64,000 nt of DNA, taken from the NCBI GenBank assembly GCA_041690135.1, contig JAWLHY010000009.1, positions 160,001 through 224,000 on the forward strand, given 5' to 3'. Below are positions 55,924 through 64,000 of this stretch, piece after piece; within the stretch, counting starts at the first letter, position 1; each line of letters starts with the position of its first letter. The notes beneath the pieces are model-generated. The model ran no database searches. It saw only the letters and a program-made list of their open reading frames with translations, and was not told the origin of the DNA. Source of the DNA: Armatimonadota bacterium (GTDB lineage Bacteria > Armatimonadota > SYMT01). The position numbers were made by a program, and so were the translations under genes.

Positions 55924-56721
55924 ATGCCTGATCCATCCGTTTTCGATTATCCTGGCGCCCTTTCGATTAACGCCGCGCGCCAGGACTGGGTGCGCTCGGT
56001 GCTCAAAGACCTCCAGCCCCGCCACCAGTACAAGACCGCGGCCGACATCGGTTGCGGTGTCGGGTACTTCTCCGGCTTCCTCAAAGATTTCGGCTATACG
56101 GTGCGCGGTTGGGACGCGAGAGAGGAGAACATCGAGGAAGCTCGCCGGCGCCACCCAGGGATCGAGTTCGACACGATTAACGTGGAAGACCAGAACTTCT
56201 CCCGGTTGGGCAAGAACGACCTGGTGCTGTGTTTCGGCTTGCTGTACCACCTGGAAAACCCCTTCCTGGCGGTGCGGAACCTTTACTCGATCACGGGTCA
56301 TACGCTGCTGGTGGAGTCGATGGTGGTGCCCTCCGACACTACCTCGGCGGTCCTGGCGGATGAGTGCCTGGGTGATAACCAGGGAGTGACCTATATGGCG
56401 CTCATTCCCTCGGAAAAGTGCCTGATCAAGATGCTGTACTGCGCGGGCTTCAAGAATGTATACGGCAGCCGGGTGATGCCCGATGACGTTAACTTCCGGC
56501 CCACCGAACGCTTCGTGCGGCGCCGAACGGTGCTGGTGGCTTCCGATCACGTGCTGGAATCCCCCTACCTCGAGCTGGCCGAGCGGCCGGTGCAGTGGCA
56601 TGAGCCGATCTGGCATCATCCGACTGCAACCACCCCGGCGCCGCTTCCGGTGCGTGCCTTGCGCCGTGTCAAGAATAGTGTGAGCTATCGCTTCCGCCGC
56701 TGGATGCCCGCGGAGAGATAA
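55924..56721 (+). CDS. class I SAM-dependent methyltransferase
   Basis: 'DIGCGVG', 'GLLYHLENP'. Confidence 0.9.
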   Translation: MPDPSVFDYPGALSINAARQDWVRSVLKDLQPRHQYKTAADIGCGVGYFSGFLKDFGYTVRGWDAREENIEEARRRHPGIEFDTINVEDQNFSRLGKNDLVLCFGLLYHLENPFLAVRNLYSITGHTLLVESMVVPSDTTSAVLADECLGDNQGVTYMALIPSEKCLIKMLYCAGFKNVYGSRVMPDDVNFRPTERFVRRRTVLVASDHVLESPYLELAERPVQWHEPIWHHPTATTPAPLPVRALRRVKNSVSYRFRRWMPAER

Positions 56722-56842
56722 CTTCCCCCTTCCTGCCACAGGAAATGAGGAAGGTCATGCGGGCGAGAACTGCTTCCCGCGTAACGCAGCGCGAGTTCCC
56801 CCAAATCGCTTGACCGGTGACTGTTCGTATTGAGGAAAGCCC

Positions 56843-57691
56843 ATGTCAACATCCAGCAGTGCAGCCCCTGCCTCCATTGAGCAGGTGCGCGAGTTCTGGG
56901 ACCGCCGGCCATGCAACATCCGGCACTCCCCGGCTCCGGTCGGCACCCGTGAATACTTCGACCAGGTCGAGCAGCGGAAGTACTTCGTAGAGCCCCATAT
57001 TCCGGCGTTCGCTGATTTCGCCCGATGGAAGGGCAAGAAAGTGCTGGAAGTCGGCTGCGGGATCGGGACGGATACGATGAACTTCGCCCGGGCCGGCGCC
57101 CAAGTGACAGCGGTCGATCTTTCGTCCAGGTCCCTGGAGGTCGCCCGCAAACGAGCGGAGGTCTACGGTTTACAGGACCGGATCCAGTTCTATCAAGCGA
57201 ACGCGGAGAAACTGACCGACTACGTGCCAGTGGACCGCTACGACCTCGTATACTCGTTCGGAGTAATCCACCACACTCCGAACCCCAGTAACGTGTTGGA
57301 GCAGATCCGGGCCTACATGGGGCCGGAGTCGACCTTTAAGTCGATGGTGTACCATCATCATTCCTGGAAGGTGGCCTGGATCGTCACCAGCCTGGGCCAG
57401 TGCCAGTTCTGGAAAGCAAAGGACCTGATCGCCACGCACGCTGAAGCGGCCACAGGGTGCCCCATCGCTTACACCTACACTCGCGCCGGCGGCCGGAAGT
57501 GGTTGGAAGAGGCGGGCTTCACCGTAACAGACCAGTTCGTTGACCACATTTTCCCTTACCGCATCGCCGACTATGTCAAATACCAGTATGTCAAAAACTG
57601 GTACTTCCGCATCCTGCCCCAGCCCATGTTCCGCGCGCTGGAACGGAACTTCGGGTGGCATCTTTGCATGACCGCTCGCCTGGGCAAATGA
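56843..57691 (+). CDS. class I SAM-dependent methyltransferase
   Basis: 'VLEVGCGIG', 'YSFGVIHHTP'. Confidence 0.92.
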   Translation: MSTSSSAAPASIEQVREFWDRRPCNIRHSPAPVGTREYFDQVEQRKYFVEPHIPAFADFARWKGKKVLEVGCGIGTDTMNFARAGAQVTAVDLSSRSLEVARKRAEVYGLQDRIQFYQANAEKLTDYVPVDRYDLVYSFGVIHHTPNPSNVLEQIRAYMGPESTFKSMVYHHHSWKVAWIVTSLGQCQFWKAKDLIATHAEAATGCPIAYTYTRAGGRKWLEEAGFTVTDQFVDHIFPYRIADYVKYQYVKNWYFRILPQPMFRALERNFGWHLCMTARLGK

Positions 57692-57722
57692 GCTTCTCCG
57701 ACTACCGCTACCGACTAAGGCC

Positions 57723-58658
57723 GTGACAGCACCCCTCATCACCCTGTTTACCGTCTGTAAGCCGTTTCATGGCCACATCCGGGTCATCCAGCGGAATGCG
57801 ATCGAGAGTTGGACGCACCTGCGACCGCATTGCGAGGTGATCCTCTTCGGCGACGAGGACGGGATGGCGGAAGCGGCGGCCGACTTCGGCGTGCGTCACG
57901 AGCCGGAGATCGGCAGGAACGAATTCGGCACGCCATTGATGCGAGACCTGTTTACGCGGGCGAAAGCCATGACGCAGAGCCCGTACCTCTGCTACATCAA
58001 TGGCGATATTATGCTGACCAGCGATTTCGTGCGTTCCGTGCAGCGGGTGAGCCCCCGCCGCGCGCTGGTGGCGGGACGTCGCTGGAACGTCGATATTACG
58101 GAGCGGTGGGAGTTTGACACCCCAGGCTGGGAAGACCGGTTGCTGCGCACGGTCCACGAGACAGGGAAGCTCTACGACGTCGCGGCCATCGACTACTTCG
58201 CGTTCCACCGGAGCATGTACGACAACATTCCGGAATTCGCGCTGGGGCGGACCGCTTTCGATAACTGGATGATCTACGGCGCGCGGGCGGCCGCCAGGCC
58301 GGTGATCGACGCCACGGAAGCCATCACGGCGATTCACCAGAATCACGACTACTCCCATCACCCGGGCGGGGCTCATTACCTGTGGAACGGTGAGGAAGCC
58401 CAGCGCAACCGGAAGTTGGCGGGGATCGATAACTGGGGCGACGCGTTTCTCTTCACCATGAAGGACGCGACTCACCGGATGTCCGGCCAGGGGATACGCC
58501 CCATCCTCACCCAGGAAGCGTACCAGCGCCATTGCGTCACGGCTCCGGTGCTGTATCCCTCTCTGCGTCCCTGGTTCCGGACCGTCAAAGAACTCAAAGG
58601 CGTGCGCAACGGAGTGATGAGGCGGTTGGGCCGGCTGGTGGCGCCGCGCGGCAAGTGA
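57723..58658 (+). CDS. GT-A fold glycosyltransferase-like protein
   Basis: 'IQRNAIESW', 'CYINGDI', position in glycan operon. Confidence 0.7.
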   Translation: MTAPLITLFTVCKPFHGHIRVIQRNAIESWTHLRPHCEVILFGDEDGMAEAAADFGVRHEPEIGRNEFGTPLMRDLFTRAKAMTQSPYLCYINGDIMLTSDFVRSVQRVSPRRALVAGRRWNVDITERWEFDTPGWEDRLLRTVHETGKLYDVAAIDYFAFHRSMYDNIPEFALGRTAFDNWMIYGARAAARPVIDATEAITAIHQNHDYSHHPGGAHYLWNGEEAQRNRKLAGIDNWGDAFLFTMKDATHRMSGQGIRPILTQEAYQRHCVTAPVLYPSLRPWFRTVKELKGVRNGVMRRLGRLVAPRGK

Positions 58659-58785
58659 GAACGCATTTCTTTCGCCGTTCCGGGTTACGCCCTTGCAGAC
58701 CGGGACGGACGCTCCTCAGCTCCTGATCGAAGGGGCGGCGCGCGTACGGCGCCCCTGCGTCGGAGCAGTCCGAAAGGAACAGAGT

Positions 58786-60147
58786 TTGGATAGCTATCGC
58801 GATAAGAAGCCGGTCCTGGCGGTTATCGGCCTGGGAAAGCTCGGCGCACCCATGGCGGCCTGCCTGGCGGCCCGCGGCTATACGGTCGTGGGCTGCGACC
58901 TGAATCCCGAAACGGTTCGCCTGATCGGCGAGGGGCAGGCGCCGGTACAGGAAGCGCAGTTGCAGGAGATGCTTCTCGAAGCCCGAGCCCGGCTCACGGC
59001 GACCACGGATATCGAGGAAGCGGTCCGGGCGGCAGACGTCACCTTTGTGATCGTGCCGACCCCCAGCGATGAGCAAGGGGCTTTTTCCCTTCGCTTCGTC
59101 GTGCCGGTGATGGAGCGGGTCGCCCGGGCCCTCCGGGACAAGCAGTCGCGACATCTGGTCGTCCTCACCAGTACGGTCATGCCGGGCGCGACGGATGCCG
59201 AAGTGCGTCCGCTGCTGGAGCGGATCTCGGGTAAGCGATGCGGCGTGGAGTTCGGACTCTGTTACAGCCCCGAGTTCATCGCTTTGGGGACGGTGGTGCG
59301 GGACTTCCTGAGCCCCGACTTCATCCTAATTGGCGAGTCCGACCCGGAAGCGGGGGAAGTATTGGCGTCGATCTACCGGGAAGTTTGTGAACCCGAACCA
59401 CCGGTAGCGCGCATGAACTACGTCAACGCCGAGATTGCGAAGCTCGCGGTCAACACCTACGTGACCACGAAGATCACCTTCGCAAACATGCTCGCCTCGC
59501 TGTGCGCGGCGGTGCCCGGCGGCGACGTCGATTCCGTGACCGGAGCGCTGGGACTCGACAGCCGGATCGGCCGGAAGTGTCTCAAGGGCGCCGTGGGATA
59601 CGGTGGGCCATGTTTTCCCCGGGACGTCGTTGCCTTGAGCTACCTGGCGCGCTCGCTGGGAGTCCCGGCCGCGCTGGCGGAAACGGTGGACACGCTGAAC
59701 CGGGGGATGATGCCGGAACTGGTGCGGAAGCTTGCGGCGCGCCTGCCCGCCGGGGCGCGGGTGGGCATTCTGGGGCTTTCCTATAAGCCGGGCACGCCCG
59801 TGATCGAAGAATCGCCCGGCATCGCCCTCGCGCAGGCCCTGCATGCCGCCGGGTTTCCCGTGGTCGCGTACGATCCTCTTGCGATGCCGTCGGCAAGAAA
59901 CACTTTAGCCGGCGACGTGACATTTGCGGAGTCCGCCGAAGATTGTGCTAGGCAGGTGGATGCGTTGGTGGTCACTAACCCGGAGGCCGAGTATGCCTCC
60001 CTGTCGCCGGAGGTGTTCCGGCGCGACACGGGGCGGGTGTTGCTGGTGGATTGCTGGCGCATCCTGGGGACCCCGCCTTACACCGAGTTGACCGAGTATG
60101 TGGCCGTGGGGGTGGGTCCCGTGGCCGGAGACAGGGCTCGTGAGTGA
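58786..60147 (+). CDS. UDP-glucose/GDP-mannose dehydrogenase family protein
   Basis: 'GLGKLG', 'YSPEFI', 'GYGGPCFPRD'; AAGGA RBS + TTG. Confidence 0.93.
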   Translation: MDSYRDKKPVLAVIGLGKLGAPMAACLAARGYTVVGCDLNPETVRLIGEGQAPVQEAQLQEMLLEARARLTATTDIEEAVRAADVTFVIVPTPSDEQGAFSLRFVVPVMERVARALRDKQSRHLVVLTSTVMPGATDAEVRPLLERISGKRCGVEFGLCYSPEFIALGTVVRDFLSPDFILIGESDPEAGEVLASIYREVCEPEPPVARMNYVNAEIAKLAVNTYVTTKITFANMLASLCAAVPGGDVDSVTGALGLDSRIGRKCLKGAVGYGGPCFPRDVVALSYLARSLGVPAALAETVDTLNRGMMPELVRKLAARLPAGARVGILGLSYKPGTPVIEESPGIALAQALHAAGFPVVAYDPLAMPSARNTLAGDVTFAESAEDCARQVDALVVTNPEAEYASLSPEVFRRDTGRVLLVDCWRILGTPPYTELTEYVAVGVGPVAGDRARE

Positions 60148-61096
60148 TTTCTGGACAGGTAAACGCGTAACGGTGACGGGCGGCGCGGGCTTTCTCGGCA
60201 GCCACCTCGTGGACCGGTTGGAAACTCTGGGGGCGATGCCCCTGACGCCGCGGCGGGCTGCTTACGATTTCACCCGGCCGGATGACGCCACTCGCTGGTT
60301 CGAGGAAAATCCCAGCGACATGGTGATCCACTGTGCCGCGTTCTACGGCGGAATCTGGATCAACCAGCTCTATCCCGCCAAGATTTACTACGAAAACCTG
60401 GTGATGGGCGCGCACCTGATGGAAGCGGCCCGGCTGGCAGGGATCCAGAAGTTCGTCGGCATCGGCACCGCGTGTTCCTATCCGGGTTACCTCGAAGGCG
60501 AGTTGAAGGAGGCCAACCTGTGGGACGGCATTCCCCACGAGACCGTGCGGAACTACGGCCTGACCAAGAAGATGATGGCGGTCCAGAGTTGGGCCTACAA
60601 GAAGCAGTACGACTTCAACTCCATCCACCTGATCCTCACCAATCTTTACGGGCCTCGGGACACCTTCAACCCGGACCGCTCGCACGTCGTTTCCGCCCTC
60701 ATCCGCAAGTGGGTAGAGGCCTGCCAGGCGAACGCACCGGCGGTGGAAGTGTGGGGAACGGGACGGCCGATCCGTGAATTCCTGTACGTAGAAGACTGCG
60801 CGGACGCCATTTTGCTGGCCGCCGAGAAATACAACGATACGGAACCGTTGAACATCGGCACGGGTGTCGGCACTTCTATCCGGGAACTCGCCGAGACGAT
60901 TCACGACGTGACGGGCTTCCAGGGAGAGATGACCTGGAACACCAGCAAACCGGACGGGCAACTCCTCAAGGTTCTGGATGTCTCCCGGATGCGGAGCGCC
61001 CTGAATTGGACCCCGCCGACCTCGCTGCGGGACGGTCTCCAGAAAACGATCGAATGGTACATCGCCAATAAAGAGGCGGCCGACGCTCGCTTCTAA
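60140..61096 (+). CDS. GDP-L-fucose synthase-like epimerase/reductase
   Basis: 'GGAGFLG', 'GTACSYP', 'SHVVSALIRK', 'WGTGRPIREFLYV', 'SKPDG'. Confidence 0.88.
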   Translation: MSDFWTGKRVTVTGGAGFLGSHLVDRLETLGAMPLTPRRAAYDFTRPDDATRWFEENPSDMVIHCAAFYGGIWINQLYPAKIYYENLVMGAHLMEAARLAGIQKFVGIGTACSYPGYLEGELKEANLWDGIPHETVRNYGLTKKMMAVQSWAYKKQYDFNSIHLILTNLYGPRDTFNPDRSHVVSALIRKWVEACQANAPAVEVWGTGRPIREFLYVEDCADAILLAAEKYNDTEPLNIGTGVGTSIRELAETIHDVTGFQGEMTWNTSKPDGQLLKVLDVSRMRSALNWTPPTSLRDGLQKTIEWYIANKEAADARF

Positions 61097-61120
61097 TCTG
61101 GCTTTAAGGGAGTTACTGCT

Positions 61121-62062
61121 GTGCCGAACTTTAAGAATGTGCTGGTTACGGGTGGCGCCGGCTTCGTCGGGTCGCTCCTGGTGCCGGCCCTGCTCGAAAC
61201 CGGCCACCGGGTGCGCGTGGTGGACAACCTGATGTACGGAGGGATGACCCTGCTGCCCCTCTTCCGGCATCAGAATTTCGAGTTCGTCAAAGGTGACGTG
61301 ACGGACCCCCAGATCGCAAAGCAGGCCATGGAGGGGATGGACGCGGTGGTGCACCTCGCCGCCATCGTCGGCTATCCGGCCTGTAAGCGGAATCCGGAAC
61401 TGGCGTGGGCGGTCAACGTTGAGGCCACCCGGAATCTCTACCGTGAGCGACGGGCGGACGTACCGATCTTTTACGCATCGACGGGTAGCAACTACGGCAA
61501 GGTCGACGGTGTCTGCACGGAGGAGACTCCGCTGAACCCCTTGACCGAATACGGGGAGACCAAGACTCTCGCGGAACGCGAATTGCTGGAGGCCGGCAAC
61601 GTCGTCTGCTACCGGTTTGCCACCGCGTTCGGCCTTTCCCCTCGTCTCCGCCTGGACTTGATGCCGAATGACTTCGCCTATCAAGCCATTCACAATAAGC
61701 AGTTGATCGTGTACGAACGCCACGTCCGCCGGACCTTCATTCACGTCTGGGACATGGCCCGCAGTTTCCTCTTCGCGTTGGAGCACCACGACCGCATGCG
61801 CGACGAAGTGTTCAACGTGGGTCACGAGTCGATGAACTACACCAAGGAGGACATCGCCAAGCTGATCCAGGAAAAGGTCCCGTACTATCTCCACTTTGCG
61901 GAAATTGGCGAGGACCCCGACAAGCGCGACTACGAAGTTTCTTACGCCAAGATCCGCAAGGCCGGTTTTGAGACGGCGGTCACCATCCAGGATGGCATCG
62001 ACGAACTGATCCGGGGCATGGCCGTCCTGAAGATCTCCAACCCTTACTCGAACGTCGTCTAA
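61121..62062 (+). CDS. NAD-dependent epimerase/dehydratase
   Basis: 'GGAGFVG', 'HLAAIVG', 'YGETK'. Confidence 0.9.
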   Translation: MPNFKNVLVTGGAGFVGSLLVPALLETGHRVRVVDNLMYGGMTLLPLFRHQNFEFVKGDVTDPQIAKQAMEGMDAVVHLAAIVGYPACKRNPELAWAVNVEATRNLYRERRADVPIFYASTGSNYGKVDGVCTEETPLNPLTEYGETKTLAERELLEAGNVVCYRFATAFGLSPRLRLDLMPNDFAYQAIHNKQLIVYERHVRRTFIHVWDMARSFLFALEHHDRMRDEVFNVGHESMNYTKEDIAKLIQEKVPYYLHFAEIGEDPDKRDYEVSYAKIRKAGFETAVTIQDGIDELIRGMAVLKISNPYSNVV

Positions 62063-62071
62063 CACCCGGCC

Positions 62072-63013
62072 GTGAAGACCAGCATCATCATTCCGACCCA
62101 CAACCGGTCCGCCATGGTCCGGGAGGTGATTACGAGCGCCGTGGGCCTGGATGGTCACGAGGATCGCGAGATCATCGTGGTGAATGACGGGTCTACCGAC
62201 GATACCGCGGAGGTCCTGGCTTCTTTCGGGTCCAGGATCCGGGTCGAGCACGTCGACCATGGTGAGCGCTCACGGGCGCGGAACCGGGGAGCGGAGCTGG
62301 CCCGGGGACAGTACCTGTTCTTCGTGGATGATGATGATCTGTTGTTGCCGGCTGGTCTTCCTGCCCTGGAGCGTGCCGCTGAGGAGAGCAGCCCGGAAAC
62401 CGGAATGGTTTACGGGCTGCCCCGCTACTTGAAAACCCATTCCGCCAGTCCCCTCTGCGGAACTCTCCCGGACCGGATTGGAACCTGTGGTTGGATCTAC
62501 CCAACGCTCCTGGGTCTGAACTTTATTGTTATGGGGACCGCGTTGGTGCGCCGCGAAGCGTTCCTGGAACTCGGCGGCTTCCGATGCGATCTGGTGGAAT
62601 TGGAAGACTGGGACTTCTGGCTACGGCTGTCACAACAGTGGAGTGTTGGGTTCGTGGATATTCCCGTGTCGGAGATTCGCCTCCACGGAGCCAACTCGAC
62701 TGCCGGTATTGAGAGGGCCGGTCGAGCCACGGAATACGTGCGAGAGTGGCACCTCCTTTCACCGGAACTCCGTGAGTACGTCCGGCGCCGGTCCCCGGTC
62801 GACGGTCCGTCCGTGCGAATGATGTTGGCACAACGGTGTGTCGACCTGGCTCGCCGGCGTTGGTGGGAAGGAGAGTACCGGACCTGCCGCCTCGCCATCT
62901 ACCAGAGTTTCCGGCTGGCGCCACTGATCGCCATGGCGGCCTTACCAGCCTGCTGGCGGGCATGGATACCGCTGCAGCGGCCACCATGGATGCGTCGCCG
63001 CCCTACGAACTAA
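62072..63013 (+). CDS. family 2 glycosyltransferase
   Basis: 'IIIPTHNR', 'DGSTD', 'FVDDDD', 'EDWDFW'. Confidence 0.93.
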   Translation: MKTSIIIPTHNRSAMVREVITSAVGLDGHEDREIIVVNDGSTDDTAEVLASFGSRIRVEHVDHGERSRARNRGAELARGQYLFFVDDDDLLLPAGLPALERAAEESSPETGMVYGLPRYLKTHSASPLCGTLPDRIGTCGWIYPTLLGLNFIVMGTALVRREAFLELGGFRCDLVELEDWDFWLRLSQQWSVGFVDIPVSEIRLHGANSTAGIERAGRATEYVREWHLLSPELREYVRRRSPVDGPSVRMMLAQRCVDLARRRWWEGEYRTCRLAIYQSFRLAPLIAMAALPACWRAWIPLQRPPWMRRRPTN

Positions 63014-63019
63014 GCGAAC

Positions 63020-63970
63020 ATGGCCGTTGTCTCCGTTATCGTCCCCACTTATAACCGGTCGCAGGCTCTGCGACGGACATTGGACTCCGTGCTGGGACAG
63101 TCTCTCGAGGATTGGGAAATGGTCCTCGTGGACGATGGGTCCAGTGACGACACGGGGGAGGTCTGTCGCGAGTATGCGCGGCGGGATCGTCGAATCCAGT
63201 ATGTGCCGCAGCCCAACGCGGGGGGCGCTGCCGCCCGGGCTCGTGGGCTGGCGGCTACCACGGCGGAGTACGTGGCGTTTCTGGATCACGACGACCTCTG
63301 GCTTCCGTTAAAGCTGGCTTTGCAGGTAGAACGGCTGGCGCGGGCGGAGGCGGAAGGCTGGGTGTATGGTCGCTTTGACCTGGTGCACTCCGACAGCAAA
63401 GTGGTGGGAGACTTCCACCAGCTTTATGCCACGCTGCCTTACCAGGGCTGGATCGAGGCCGATCTGCTGCTACACCAGAATTTCATCGGCACCTACAGTA
63501 ACCCCTTGATCCGCCGGTCACTGCTGGAGCGAACGGGTGGTCCGCGGGCGGAGGCCGGGCTTTCGGACGACTGGGATCTGTTCATCCGGCTGGCGGGCGT
63601 TGCCCAGGTTGGTTTTCTGGATGAGACCCTTTTCCACTACGATGCCGGCAATCCGGAGTCGCAGTCCCGCGGCGACATGGAGCGTGCCTACCGGTGCGAA
63701 GAGCGCGTATTGCGGTTGAACCGGGCAGCAATTCAGCGTCTTTCCCTCGCGCAGCGGTGGGCGCTTACCTGCAACGCTCGCCGGCGATGGGGACGCTGGT
63801 TGAAGGATAAGGCCCTGTGGGCGCAGCGGGACGGCGAACTGCGCACCGCCGCTCACACCTATGCTTTGGCAGCCCGGGTGAACCCGCTGTTGTTTGCCAA
63901 CCCTACCGCGGTGAAAGATGTGCTCGCGCTTTTCCGCCGGATGGCGGTGGGCCGGGGAGCGGGAAGATGA
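63020..63970 (+). CDS. family 2 glycosyltransferase
   Basis: 'VIVPTYNR', 'DDGSSD', 'FLDHDD', 'DDWDL'. Confidence 0.93.
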   Translation: MAVVSVIVPTYNRSQALRRTLDSVLGQSLEDWEMVLVDDGSSDDTGEVCREYARRDRRIQYVPQPNAGGAAARARGLAATTAEYVAFLDHDDLWLPLKLALQVERLARAEAEGWVYGRFDLVHSDSKVVGDFHQLYATLPYQGWIEADLLLHQNFIGTYSNPLIRRSLLERTGGPRAEAGLSDDWDLFIRLAGVAQVGFLDETLFHYDAGNPESQSRGDMERAYRCEERVLRLNRAAIQRLSLAQRWALTCNARRRWGRWLKDKALWAQRDGELRTAAHTYALAARVNPLLFANPTAVKDVLALFRRMAVGRGAGR

Positions 63971-64000
63971 CGGTGTCGAACCTCCCGTCCAAGAACAACC

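Overview
GC-rich bacterial window, probably Armatimonadota or a related lineage (inferred from the DUF1559-type prepilin gene and gene content). 1-26.9 kb is accessory. It holds a same-strand string of small genes (VapBC, SUKH/SMI1, hypotheticals) separated by a composite GATAAG/CCCTGACCAGGG repeat and decayed attC-like sites, a two-part ImuB with a LexA-like operator, a c-di-GMP island, a 1548-aa two-CxxCH/HEAT protein, a two-cassette attC cluster with no integrase in the window, and defence/transposon remnants next to tRNA-Ile2(CAT). 27-44 kb is housekeeping-like (DUF362, Gfo/Idh/MocA, TPR, PanF/YhdT-like, RbsD, M42 peptidase, amidase, tmRNA, LptD-like). 44.5-64 kb is a UpxY-led polysaccharide operon (Wzc, Wza, two O-antigen-ligase-family genes, Wzm/Wzt, methyltransferases, sugar-nucleotide enzymes, GT2s). 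The best candidate for an undescribed system is 8.8-15.6 kb: a secreted subtilase whose tail carries 17 copies of the hexapeptide DQALW(A/S), co-oriented with a multi-TM HD-GYP/GAF/GGDEF protein and a REC-HD-GYP protein. This suggests a self-processed peptide signal coupled to c-di-GMP, which is an inference. All family calls come from motif recognition by eye, with no database searches.
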